Positions 46,985 to 59,240 of a stretch of DNA of 64,000 nucleotides are shown in pieces. The DNA is from Novakomyces olei (taxonomy: Eukaryota). The stretch is from positions 124,001-188,000 of the forward strand of contig JADEYG010000001.1 of the NCBI GenBank assembly GCA_016906335.1. Direction: 5' to 3'. Positions within the stretch are counted from its first letter, which is position 1, and every line of letters begins with the position of its first letter. The translations under genes were made by a program, and so were the position numbers. The notes below the pieces were generated by a model. It was not told where the DNA came from. It saw nothing but the letters and a program-made list of their open reading frames with translations, and ran no database searches.

Positions 46985-49900
46985 TGAGCAGAGCCAAAGG
47001 CACTGTAACGGCCATAGGCTCCGGTCGGGGTCACTGCAGTGTTTGTGTAAATAGGAAGAATAGTAAACTTCTTGTTGGGAATCGGGTTGCAGGGAAGAAT
47101 CGAGGGCAGTTCTTGGCCGGAGGCGATACTCTGCTGTACTAGATCGTTGTGGTACCGCCAAGCAGTCTTTAGTTTTTCCCTCACAGCCAGGCCAAAATGC
47201 AGTGCTCCGTTAAAATCGGCACTATTGTTGTTGTTGTTGTTATTGTTGTTGTTGTTAATATTATTATTGTTGTCAACAATAACATTATCATCAACATTAT
47301 TCTTCTTTGACCCATCGATAATGCTAATATTCGTGGCTGGCCGTATAACTTTCCAGCAAAGCAGCCGCATAAAATGCGTTCGAACCATTGGCCCCCAGTG
47401 CAAAAACATGGGCTCAAACAAATCGCACAGGATCCATTCGCCCCAGTCCGCCTTAGTGTCCGGTGGCAGTTCTGACCAAATATCGTACATAAATCCAATT
47501 GCCCGGAGAGCCAGGAAATCGTTCCTGGAATCAACGAGCGCCTGCATTGTCGCCTTCCAAAACGCTGCGTCGATAGCAAAAGACTTGTAGTCTGAGAGGT
47601 AACAGAGCACCTGGCTGCTCAGATCGCAGGCAGCAAAACAGCCATGAATATCAGAGATTTGTACGCTTCTCGCTGTGGCACAGAGCGAATTGCCCACCAT
47701 ATAGACGAAATAATCGTGCCTGTCGCCCCACAGATGATCGGCCACGTTGCTCAAGGCCTCAATCAGCATTTTAGTGGCAATTTCAAAGGTCGTATGTGCC
47801 CCATAGTTGGAGACGCGAGGGTTTAAATGGATTCCGTTCGGCACTGGAGAAAGGCCGGCAAAGGGGATCAGCTCGTGCCGGTGGACAAGAGACTCTACGA
47901 TAAAGTACATGTGGCCATAAATTGCTGCCCAGCCAGGGACCTTGAAGCACTCTGATAGCGACAGCGAGACGGGCTGGTCTCCTCTGCCAGATCTCGACGG
48001 CTCTGAGCCTTCTCGCTCTTGCTTTGGCTCTTGCTTTGGCTCTTGCTCTTGTTCTGGTGGGGTTAAAAGGTAATTGCCGAGTATTTCGTTCCAGAACCTG
48101 ACAAAAGGAAAATAGAGTTCGCCTGTATGGTTAAGCATTCGCTGCCGTATACTCGTAGAAAAATCTATTTCGATCAAAGGACTCTCCTCTTCAAGCGGCT
48201 CGAGGCAAGAGATCTCCATCTTCATGGACGGGCAAAGCCTCACTTTTACCTTTACCTTTCCATCTTCCCGGCCGGCACGCTCGTTGCTGCTGTACAGACC
48301 TGTGGTGTAGTAGGGAAACTGCCTGCCAATCCGCTTGCCACTCTCTGCGCTCGGCTGCCTCAGAGGCTGGGCAAACTGCCGATTGAAACGGCCGCGGCAG
48401 TCACGAGGGATCTGCAGGACACTGCAGATTGCTCGTGCTACTCCAGGCACTGCGAAAAACCCGACAGCGAGTAATCGGGCGATAAAGAGAACAGTGATCC
48501 TGCTCAGAGGCCGATTGACGGGGCAATTATCGAGGATCTGTGTCCCTCCGTAATGGAGCGACAGGGCGACAAGGCTCCTGTACCGCTGAGTAATTATACT
48601 CGGAGACCCTAACCCTAACCCTAACCCTGACTGCTCAGCCAGATGGGTCTCGTTCAGCGGCCCAGTCTGCATAAAGCTGGACCAAGTACGCAGTGAAGCA
48701 AGCCGGCTGACGACATCAAACACGACGGCCCTGTCTGCCAGCTTTAGGCACGGAGCAGTCCCGCCTGAGCCTGGTCTTGCCCGAAAGGCAAACGGCCGGT
48801 CAGACTCATTGCCGCTCAGTGTCGAAGAGGTCTCTGTACCATTCTGGCAGACGGTTGCAGGCAGAACCATAGACAGAGTGGCCGCCCACCACTTTAGGAG
48901 AGCCTGCAAGATAATCTCGTCAGACTCGTCCAAGCCTCCATCACGGCAAACAAGCTGAGCTGGAGAAATGCCCTCTGTGCTCCAGCTGTCGCTGAAGGGA
49001 CTCGCCGGCCGGTCTTGAGCACTGCCCGAGGACACAAGGTTCGGAGACGACATTGAGGCAATAAACGACTTTGACAAGTCTGGGCTTGAGAGACTGGCAC
49101 GGTAGGGCGAGTGCGAGCCGTGGGTCGAGAAAGCAGAGCTGGTAAAGGGAATTGTAGTGGAACAGGCAAAGGAGGAGGAGGAGGAGGAGGAAGAATAAGA
49201 AGGAGCAAATGAAGAAGAAGGAGAAAATGAAGAAGAAGAAGAAGGAGAAAATGAAGAAGAAGAAGCAGAAAATGAAGAAGAAGGAGAAGAAGAAGCTAGA
49301 GGCGGCGGCGGTCCGCTGCCAAACCCATAGATACGAGAGATTCTGTCGTCTTTAGAGATAGAGCCAAGAACACTAGGCGAAACGGCAGCTCCACGTGCTG
49401 CTGATGTCATTATTCCACGGAGCATGTACGAGGACCTTCGGGGTGCGCTTGCCGCGGCAGCAGACGATTTAGATTTGCTTTCTTTTGCTCTGGCTTCAGA
49501 GAGGACGGAAGAGCTGTGTGAGGGAGCAGTTCGCAGAAAAGGCAGAAGGAAATCACGAAGGATCGTAAGCTTATCCGCCTCAGACGAGGAGACCCGAAAC
49601 CTGTGCAGTTCGTGTTCGAGTGTAATGTACTTTTCTTCTCGTATCGCCTGCTGATCGTTCAGAGACTGGGCAGCACTGGTAGTAGATGTCCGTCGCATCG
49701 TTATTGCCCTTGGAAGACTGTGGTCATCAGTTGCCACGTTTGCCGCTCTCAGCGAGTTGGATTCAGTCTGAGTTGACGAGGCAGAGGAGGATTGCTGGGA
49801 AAATGGGCGTGTGGCAGCAAGAGACCGCAGCATTGAGAAAAAGCCCTGGTCGCTGGCTTTGGCTTTAGCACTCTCTGATTTCCGGCGGTGGTGGCTGCTC

Positions 49901-51126
49901 AGCACTGGGTCATTTTGGCTTTGCAGAGTTGCGTTCGAAGAGGCTGAAGAGGCCGAAGACTTGAATGAAAATTTGGAGTACTCTGAACTAGAATCTTCGT
50001 CGTCGTAAAGACTGGCAACAGAGGTTTCCGGCTGCTGTTGCAATGAGCTCTGAGGCTTTGCTCCACACAATGAAGCTGCTGCTTGCCTCTCGCGAGCACC
50101 AGCTACAGCACTGCCACCATCTGCCAAGGGCTGCTCTGACCAAAGGCTTGTCCCGTGGACAATTGCGTTGTCTTCATTGCTATTATTTTCGCTGTTGCTT
50201 GCTCGCTTTGTGCTAAACACTGCCGACGCGCTTCGAGAAAGCGGTACTTTGCTCTTCAATTTCTGTGCCAAAAGATTGCCTTTTGAAAGTTTTTGTCGCA
50301 GAAAATGCGGTTCGTTTGAACCTGCCTGCTTGCAGAGTTCGCCGGGCAGTTTGGGAAGAGATTTCCCTGAATTATCTGATCCCATAAAGGACTGCTTTTC
50401 GCTCAACTGACTCGTTGGTGAGATTAAAGCACGTTTAGGAGGAGTCACACCGGGCGGCGGGGCTGGACTTTGCCCGCCAAGAAGCGAGGACGAAGGAGGA
50501 GGTAGGCTTCTAGTGCTCGGCGAATGCAGTAGACTAGTAGGCCTTGGCCGACTACTTTGCGACTGAGATTTGGTCCATAAATGGTGTTCGTCCGCATGTT
50601 TTGTAGGAGTCTCAAATCTACTCTTTTCCTGTTCATCAATCTTTTGCTGCCTTTGCCTGTGTCTTTGCCTGCTTCCCTCGTCTTCTTCCTCTTCATCTTC
50701 ATCTTCTTCATTCTCTTCGTCTCCATCATCAGCGCTTCCTGCATCGTCACTAGTTTCCGCTCGAGCTAAACGCCTGTTAGACCTTGAAAGAGTCGATTCC
50801 CTTTTAATTGCACCGCTTTCGAGCAGTGATGGAGACGATTCTGAAGCAGCGGGACTGTGGCGCAGTGCATCTCGTGTCGTTCGGGGTGAAATAGATCGAG
50901 GAGTAGAAGCACTGGACGAGGAAGATATAGGTGACGCAATTCCCATTATCTGTGAAATGCAGTCTCTGTCGATAAACGAGCGAGATCGCGATTGCTTGAG
51001 ACGGCGAGGAGTCGTTTCAGTGAGACCATTTGGTATCACAAAAGGATGATTGTTTGGCGATTGCGCAGCAGCCGACTGCTCTGATAGTTTTGAAGACACA
51101 TAATGTATGTTATCTGAAGCGATCAT
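45844..51126 (-). CDS. Large DUF1765 protein (YDL073W/Ahk1-like) with low-complexity tracts
   Basis: LRAIGFMYDIW, FLHWGPMVRTHFMRLLCWK, PCNPIPNK, YAGRSLAEW; poly-S, poly-N and poly-A runs. Confidence 0.75.
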
Positions 51127-53035
51127 TGTCAAAGTTCAATGCTGTCAGAAAGAAGGTAGCACTTTTTTAATAGTTTTGGAAAGTAAGCAGAACCGGTTGA
51201 AATATCCCTCAAACACGAAAAGCAGACAAAATAAATAAAATAAAACAAAATGATTAGAGATTAAACTGAAATACAACAACTTTGGGACAAAGACAGATTA
51301 ATAAACAAAAGGATATTTGTATGCAACACGGAGTCAGGACGAGGGCAGCTGAAGAGCACCAGATAAGACAAGCTGAGAAAAAGACGAATGGAAAAAATCG
51401 AAATTGGAGGATTCAAAAGGCAGTCTGCACGTGTAAAACAAGTCCTTTTGCTTAATAGTACTTTGGCGGGGCAAGCAAATCTCTCACCCCTGAAAGACCG
51501 CCGAGACTGACTAAAATTAAACGAACGGGTTTAGTCGTCTTTTTCCTTTGTGCCTTGTACAGAGTCAATAGAAGAACGAGCGTGAGCAGTTTCTACGTAC
51601 TGCGAATATCAGAGAGACCTTTAAAAGTAAAAATCAGCTCTACTCCCTGAGTGAGTGACGCGTTCAAAGTGTCGATACAGACTTCTATAACTCAGTGGCA
51701 ATGCCCTTCAGCTCAAAAGAGCAAAGGAAAGCACCATGTCGAACCCACACACAAAGTAGCTGTTGTGAAGACGGTGCAGAATAAAGCCAACCGTACAGGC
51801 CGTTAAATGCCAACTTTTGACTTTGTTATGGCAATGGCCCAGTCGACGGTGAGTGTGCTTTATTCTCGTCTTTTTCTCTTTTTTTATCTGGTTATTTTAG
51901 TTTAATGTGTCCTTTTAGAACAATTAGTCTTTATGTACGCGGATGGGCCCCACAGAGACCACGGAAAAAATAGATAAATAAATAAATAATACACAAGTCT
52001 AAAATCTCGATAATCTCGTACACGTACAAAGTACTGGTTCGTTTATTTTTTGTAAAATATTCAAAAGAATCATAAAGACACCTTCGGTGCGAGAAAATGC
52101 CGATAAGCTAAACGAATAGGCACACACTGAAAGACGATGATATATTGTTTACATTCCGTCCGACAGGATTATTTTGCTGGAAACAGCGTTGACCGCACTG
52201 CAAAGCTGTGGAAGAGTCAACCCAATTTACCAATCTAAAGTTTTCACACAAAATCCATCTGTCGTTACCCAAAGTTTCGTATCTTACACGCCAAAGTCTT
52301 TAACTAGCTATTGCTAAATAATATGATTATATAGATCATCCGATTTATCCGGAGGGTCTTTGAGCAATTGCTGGATCTATACATCTATGACCCACGATCG
52401 TGAAACGACCAAGAAGAAATAGAGAGTGTTGATCTTTTTGTCAAAATTGGGTTCGGCTCTGCTCAAACGGCGTACATGGCAAATAGCCTGTAAATTGCGT
52501 AGAAAGGTGCATCTTTTATGGCTATTCTATTTCTATTTTGACCTGTGGGTTACCGTTACGGTTGGTTGCCTTACTTGTCTTAAAATAGAAGCATACTCAA
52601 TTAAGCCGTGAGTGCGCGTTACGCGTAAGATTAAGTAATGCTCGTGCACACGTGGCATCGGCGTACATGAGACTATGCCGACCAATTTTCAACAATAAGT
52701 AATCTAGTGCCAGGAAGTAAGGCGCGTGTTTAAAGTAATGTAATTGAGATATGGCTGATCTTCGTCTTTTAAATCTAATGCATGATACGATAATACAATA
52801 AATAATCTGCAATATCTCAATGTTATGCTCGCCATATATTAGCCAACTAAATGGGACTAGAGTGTCCCTACGCTTACAAGGCAGAACGCTTCCATTGCCG
52901 CCCGCATTCTTCTATAATTACAAACAGGTTTTAAGTCACCAAAATTGCTGATTTCTCCATGCAAGAATTTTAACACATGTACGAGTCCGCCTTGTCTTGA
53001 GAATTCAGAGCTAGCGATTCGTTGGTACATCTTTC

Positions 53036-54441
53036 TCAAAAATGCTTAAAAAGCTCTTCTCGATACACACGAAGAAGACTTCCAGTCTCCTCTCTGCCCT
53101 CCTTGATGGGGACTCGAAAGAAAGGCGCGATCACAGTCTCAGTTACCAGCCTGAACAAACGCGAAATGCGGTTACCGAGCCTTGCGCCCGTCTGAGCAAA
53201 ATCGGGATATGCATTGACCTCCAAGAGCCGTACTCCAAAGTCGGGCACGACTATAAAATCAAGACCGAATATCTCGTAAGCATTAGGTAATGTCTTTTGT
53301 ATTAGTATAGTTATTTAGCACTGCATATTGTCTTGCAAATTCTCCCTGTGTGTGTGTTTTTTTTGGCTATTTCTTTTTGTTCTTTTCTCCTGAAGTCCTG
53401 TGTTTTTATGTATATACTTTCAGTTCTCACACAGTTCCTAAATTCCTCAATTTTACATACCTGAAAGTAGAGTCGCTGCGTAGCCGCTGCTCGAAACAGG
53501 TCTCCCACAGTATTGTATATGTTTTGTTTTATAAGCCCAATCTGCTCCGGTGTGAAATCTAAATCGTCGAGTAAAACAACTGAGTCCATCTTATCTTGCC
53601 TGTTTCCTTGCAGGCAGGTATTGGTCAAATGGGCCGATAAATTTTCATTGGCCGCCATCGCTGAATCCTTCCTTTGCAGCGAATAAGGCTGTATGGCAAA
53701 AAGTGCAAGCATTTGGTCGTAGACGTAGACAGATATTGCACCAGCAACAACGACGTAGACACGTAAATGAAACTTCCTATCATTTACAATCAGAGGATCA
53801 CGCACGTATTCTTGAACAACAAAATGCCGAAGGTCGCTTGTAGCAATATGACTACTGTGATCATTTCTTTCCTCGGTCTTTTCTATTGCGTCCTCATTTG
53901 CGCTATCAGATTCCGGCTCTTCGCTCTCAAAAGAGTCAAATATTTCCTGAAGCTCTTCTTGTGTGGAAAATAGGCGTATTCCCTGTCCACGGTCCGCCAT
54001 AGAAGGCTTTAATATATACCAGCAACGGTCTTCAACGGGTAAAGCGCCATTCTGTTCCAGCTCATATTTGAGCTCGCATGATTCTGTAAGCGCATCGTCC
54101 AAAAATTCTGCATAGTCAAGTTCTAGTTGAAATGATATAGGCACAGCCTGGGCCAGCACAGACGTAGGGTTTTTCGCTACATACGATGCGACCGTATGTG
54201 CCAGGAAATGTTTGCGAATGAGTGCTTTTCGTATCGTGTAAGCACAGACTAGAATTTCTTGCGATTTTCTTAAAGCAGATTCGAAATCTATATGCTCATA
54301 ATCACACCAATAAAGAATATTGCCGTCATTCTCAGTAGCGTCTACTTGCGCAATACCGTCAGCAAGCGCTTCGTCAAGCGCCCGCTTGATTCTACTCGCG
54401 ACGTACTCGTCGCTGTATTCCAAGCATGCTTTGATGCGCAT
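53036..54441 (-). CDS. Tubulin-tyrosine ligase family protein (Pby1 TTL-domain-like, no SurE domain); intron 53294-53460
   Basis: RKALIRKHFL, ILKPSMADRGQGIRLF, RKFHLRVY, AHLTNTCLQ, EIFGLDF, LLEVNAYPDF. Confidence 0.88.
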
Positions 54442-54729
54442 GCTTTGCTTATAATTTCTGTTGATTATTCACAAGCTTGTTTGTGTGCACTAGAAAATTG
54501 AATTTATTTTATGGCAATTTTTAATAATAGACGGTTTAATGAACCGCATAATATCCCCATTTCCTATGATTCCATTCATGCAGCTGTTCAGCGGGCCGCA
54601 GGGAATGAATGGCCTCAAATCAATCGTTCAATTCACGAGGCCTCGAGCAGAACCTAAAAAAATTATAGGTATTTCTTGTATCATACAATAAATTTAAAAC
54701 GTGGAAAAGTACGAAAAAGCCAAAAAATA

Positions 54730-54800
54730 CTTCCCGACCGGGAGTCGAACCCGGGGTTGGCGCGTGACAGGCGCCGGTGTTACCGCTACACCATCGAGAA
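54730..54800 (-). tRNA. tRNA-Asp(GTC)
   Basis: TTCTCGATGGTGTAGCGGTAACACC-GGCGC-CTGTCAC-GCGCC-AACCCCGGGTTCGACTCCCGGTCGGGAAG forms a cloverleaf; a T-run follows. Confidence 0.95.
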
Positions 54801-54913
54801 TTTTAACCGAACCATATAGCCGAACAGATAGCATTTCAGCTGTAATTTAGGTATATATATCTCAAAAGCCTCTGATTTTATAAAAAGTTGTAGCTTAAAA
54901 CAAATTGGTCACG

Positions 54914-56022
54914 ATGCGTTTGCTGCTTAGGCCAGATGGTCAGACAGGACCAGACACGTTAGTGTCCCTTAAACACCCTGGAACAGGCGAGAACGCACGA
55001 TTCCTTTTACAGAACATCGATACAGAAAAACGATTATGTGAAGTCGTACGCATTGCGGACGCGTCGCGGCCGCGTTCGGCTTTTATGCAAGACTTTGTGA
55101 TCGAAGGTACGTTTGTAAAGAGCTAAATAAGTAATTTAATTATTAAATGACAGCTCTAATGCTTAGATGGCTCTGTATATTGTTGCACTCCTATCGACCT
55201 AATGTTCATGCTATTGCCATGTTTACAAAACGCGTCGTCGCGTTACATTGAGATGTACGATATTTTAGACGCGTTTGAGGAGGCCAACGCGCCACACGGT
55301 CGTCTGGTAAGACAGATACTGGCGGAGCCATTTCTTCAAGCAATTGAACGCGTCTGCGACACTGTAGATGCTGGTGGAAACAGCATGTATAGGATAAGTG
55401 AAGCTCGGCTGTTTGATACTCTTGAATGCAAAGCAAAGCGCGTGAGTGACCAATTACCGTCGTCTATATTTGCGCGTTTCACTTTGAGTGAAATTGGGGA
55501 GAATTTGAGTGGGAAAGGGGGAGACGCGTCGGATATACGTTTGGCAGCGGAGCAAGGTCGATTACGCAGCGCCCGTAGTATGGTAGCGTCATATTTGCCC
55601 GATTCATTGCGCAAAAAGTATCTTGCTGGCAAAATGTGTGTGACCGAAATATCAACTTCTTATACACACATATTTTCTATATTTTGCACGAAGTCTCTAG
55701 TATTTCTTTTTGTTTCGTTCATCCGTTTGTGCATTGTTTTGGCTTTTCCTTTCAAAAGTATCACTTTTCTTTGATTAACATCGAAAATAGGTACGAAGAG
55801 TTTGATAAGTGTGTGGCCGCTGTAGTGGCTGCCAAACAGGCATCAATACTTAGCAATTCGACAGATATGTACATAAATGGAAATGGTAAACGTAAAGCGG
55901 AGCAGACAGTGACAGATGGACGAACGCGGAAAGCTCTGCCAGTCAGTAAAGGCGTAAAAGCAATATCTAAAGTTAACACGAGCGGTATGAGCAAGATGAC
56001 GTCTTTTTTCAAAAAGCAGTAG
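54914..56022 (+). CDS. RNH202: RNase H2 subunit B, 3 exons
   Basis: LKHPGTG, RPRSAF..DFVIEDG..CTPIDLMF, C-terminal PIP box KVNTSGMSKMTSFFKK. Confidence 0.85.
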
Positions 56023-56856
56023 CGTTGGAGAGCCGCAAAATCCTACAAGTGGAAGAAAAGCGGATGATTGAGGACATTTGCAGGCATATATTGATGTACG
56101 AGCAAAAAGCATATAAATGTATTTGGGAAGAGACATCTGGTTTGACTCTTTAAATAATATTATCTTGTAGACACGTACGTGTCTACGGAAATAAATATTG
56201 TGCATTTTACATGGAAAAGACGCGTTTCTCTTTTTGTAATTAGAGAAAGGGAATCAAATGCGTTTTGAGATAAGCGAGACTGGCGGGTCCATCTTCAGAG
56301 CAGAAAGCTACTGAGAGACGGAATAATACAAGACTTTGTTGTATCATTCGAGTTTATACAGAACTAAATTGATTGTGTTTTTTAGATGAGTAGCATCATA
56401 ATAGACAGCTCAAACTTTGGAGTAAAAAGAAAATTCATGAAATCTATTATGGTAAGAAAGGGAACCTTTTGGTGAAGATAATTGCATAATTTCATCTATA
56501 ATTCTGTCCATCATTGCGCTACAGAAATAAATTAATTATTCAAAGCGCTCAAATTCAAACTGTCTCTCCGTCATATGCGGAAGGTTTGCTCGTCAATATA
56601 TTAAATTAATACAAAAGAAAAGCAATTCAGAGGATACTTTGACGCTTTTTATGAGCAGTTCATCGGTGACTGAATAGCCAAAGTCTTGATTTCGACTAGA
56701 AGCCTCGTATCAGGCAGGTCCTTGTGGCTGATGGGAAAAACGATTCGAAGATTAGTGGCAGTACAAGCCGTATAAAGATCAAAAAAATTAAAAAGCTACT
56801 CAAACACATAGACTAATGAAAATTTCCGATATTATTTTGATAATATGTCGGTGTTC

Positions 56857-56960
56857 TTACAGAAGATAAAACTATACCTCCTTATGGTTAGCATGTTGCC
56901 ATATTCGGTTACAGACGATAAAACTATACCTCCTTATGGTTAGCATATTGCCATATTCGG
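56857..56960. repeat. Tandem duplication, 2 x 52 bp with 2 mismatches
   Basis: TTACAGA(A/C)GATAAAACTATACCTCCTTATGGTTAGCAT(G/A)TTGCCATATTCGG occurs twice. Confidence 0.95.
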
Positions 56961-57379
56961 CACGTAGCGTGGGTAAATCTGTGGGGAAGAAATTCTTTCG
57001 GCGAATCCGATCAGATAACAATTGAGTTCAAATTCAAAGCATTGATCGTATTCGGATATCAAAGTCAAGCTTGAGACGAAACAACCCCGAAATGAACGAT
57101 GAAATACGAGAGCAGGAACGTTTACCGAGCCATTTGGCCAAAAGACTGTACCGTTAAAGTTAAATACGCCAACTGAACGGTTATAGAAATGAAGAAGACG
57201 AAGGCAGTAAAATTATGTCTTATTTTGACTTTGAGCATTATTTGCAATCAGTTTGCGAGCGAAATTACCTTGAGATGGCGGGGTTGATTTTTTGGTGTTA
57301 TTATATAAACCATGTTGCATACCCCAAATCTCTAAGCTCTTAGAGCGACAACGAAGGCAATTTCCACCCAAATTCCAAA

Positions 57380-58639
57380 ATGAAGCTTTTAAAAAAATTG
57401 CTTTTTGCTTTCTCTTACCAGTTGGCCTCGGCCGCTATCATAATGCGCAGAGAAAAGTTTGATGAAAAAATAAGAGGGATAAACCTCGGTGGATGGCTGG
57501 TTCTTAATCCTGCAGTGACTCCTCACTTACACGATGAAAGGAACCAAAAAATTCCAATAATCGATGAGTATAGGTTTTGTCAAAAATATGGTCATGAAGC
57601 TGCCAAAAAGCATCTATCACGCCATTGGAACGAGTTTATTACATACGAAGATTTCCGGGCAATTAAAGGCTATGGTTTTAATCTCGTACGGATACCCATT
57701 GGCTACTGGGCAATTTGGCCATTGAAGTCTGACCCATATGTGACGGGCGCACAGCAATATCTAGACAAAGCGCTTGACTGGAGCAAAAGGTTAGGACTCA
57801 AAGTTTGGATTGATTTGATTGGCCTGCCTGGCTCACAGAATGGACTCGCTGAATCTGGAAGAAAGTGCAAAGCCGAATGGTTTCACAGCAAGGCCAATAT
57901 TGATCATTCCAAGAGAGTAGTTGACCTAATTGTGACCAAATACGTGCGCAATATCCGTTACAGAGATGTTATCATTGGCATTGAAACTCTGAATGAGGCG
58001 GATCCTACTGTTGACAAATGGCAGATTTTGACGGATTACAATGTTCATTCATATAACAGTATTCGTGGTGCTTCGGACTCCATGTCTGTTGTGTACCAGA
58101 CAGGTATAGATTGGCTTTTTTGGGTCAAACCATATTTAGAAAAACAATTAGACGATGCTAAAAACATTGTTTATGATGTTCATTACACAGACTCCAAGAG
58201 AAGAAATATGGAAGATCGATCATTTACAAACATAATAAAAGATGTTTGTTCAATGACGAACCATATGCGAACCTTGCAGAAAAACGGTGCTGCTGCAGTT
58301 CTTGGCAAATTCACGGGAGAAATGAGACCCGATGCAGATGATCATTATAGTATGCCTGGGCACTCGAATGATGTCTCGGGCAGAATGGAAGACTCCTTCT
58401 ATGTTTTCTCTCACGAACAAAAGCACGTGGATTATGCATTATTTCCACAGTCCAGACTGGCAGAAATTCGCAAATTTATTGAGGCTCAAATGGATCTTGG
58501 CGACAAATTTTCAGGATGGATTTTCCATAATTACAAGACGCTTGAGGGCACGAAACTTCCTCAAGATTTTGTTGCTCTTGTGCAAAAGAAATTGTTCCCT
58601 GTACCGGTCAACAAGCGGACCACAAAACGATTGTGCTGA
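57380..58639 (+). CDS. Secreted GH5 exo-beta-1,3-glucanase homologue (Exg1-like) with degenerate active site
   Basis: Signal peptide followed by RR; IRGINLGGWLV, NLVRIPIGYW, DPYVTGAQQYLDKA, GLPGSQNG, IETLNE. Confidence 0.88.
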   Translation: MKLLKKLLFAFSYQLASAAIIMRREKFDEKIRGINLGGWLVLNPAVTPHLHDERNQKIPIIDEYRFCQKYGHEAAKKHLSRHWNEFITYEDFRAIKGYGFNLVRIPIGYWAIWPLKSDPYVTGAQQYLDKALDWSKRLGLKVWIDLIGLPGSQNGLAESGRKCKAEWFHSKANIDHSKRVVDLIVTKYVRNIRYRDVIIGIETLNEADPTVDKWQILTDYNVHSYNSIRGASDSMSVVYQTGIDWLFWVKPYLEKQLDDAKNIVYDVHYTDSKRRNMEDRSFTNIIKDVCSMTNHMRTLQKNGAAAVLGKFTGEMRPDADDHYSMPGHSNDVSGRMEDSFYVFSHEQKHVDYALFPQSRLAEIRKFIEAQMDLGDKFSGWIFHNYKTLEGTKLPQDFVALVQKKLFPVPVNKRTTKRLC

Positions 58640-58719
58640 TGAGAGGTCAACCGTTTTATTTTTGTACCCTTCCTCTATTTCACCATATAAATTTGGACTT
58701 GTTTTTAGTACGTTCATCG

Positions 58720-58850
<131 letters not shown>

Positions 58851-59240
58851 CGGGAAATCTATACACTTTACCCAATGTTTTCGTAAATCTAAATAATAAT
58901 TGATTACTCTCTCACATTACACACTCGCGTTTACATATACTGCTCTACACATACCCACTTAGCTTGCAAGTAATAAATTAATTTATTATTACGTATTGTT
59001 CTATATACATTATCGTCCTTATACATTATCGTTCCGTGCACATTAGTGTGCCTGCCAAGTTTCCATGTTGTATCGTCTCGCGATTGTTCCGTGCCACATT
59101 AAATTATAATTGTTCCATTTTATCCTGTTTTTCCATAGTCGTGTGGAGGGTCTCGCAACAATTCGGTCCCACATTAATCTCGGGTTTTCTCGTTGTATTA
59201 AATTAGAATTGTTTGCTCCCGCGGGACGGCAGAGAGCGAA

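Noticed and set aside
46912-47590. Poly-Cys and poly-Leu ORFs
   Set aside because: Antisense readings of trinucleotide tracts in the DUF1765 gene.
56857-56960. CRISPR-like or LTR-like repeat
   Set aside because: Only two abutting copies with no spacer or TG...CA ends, in a eukaryotic context.
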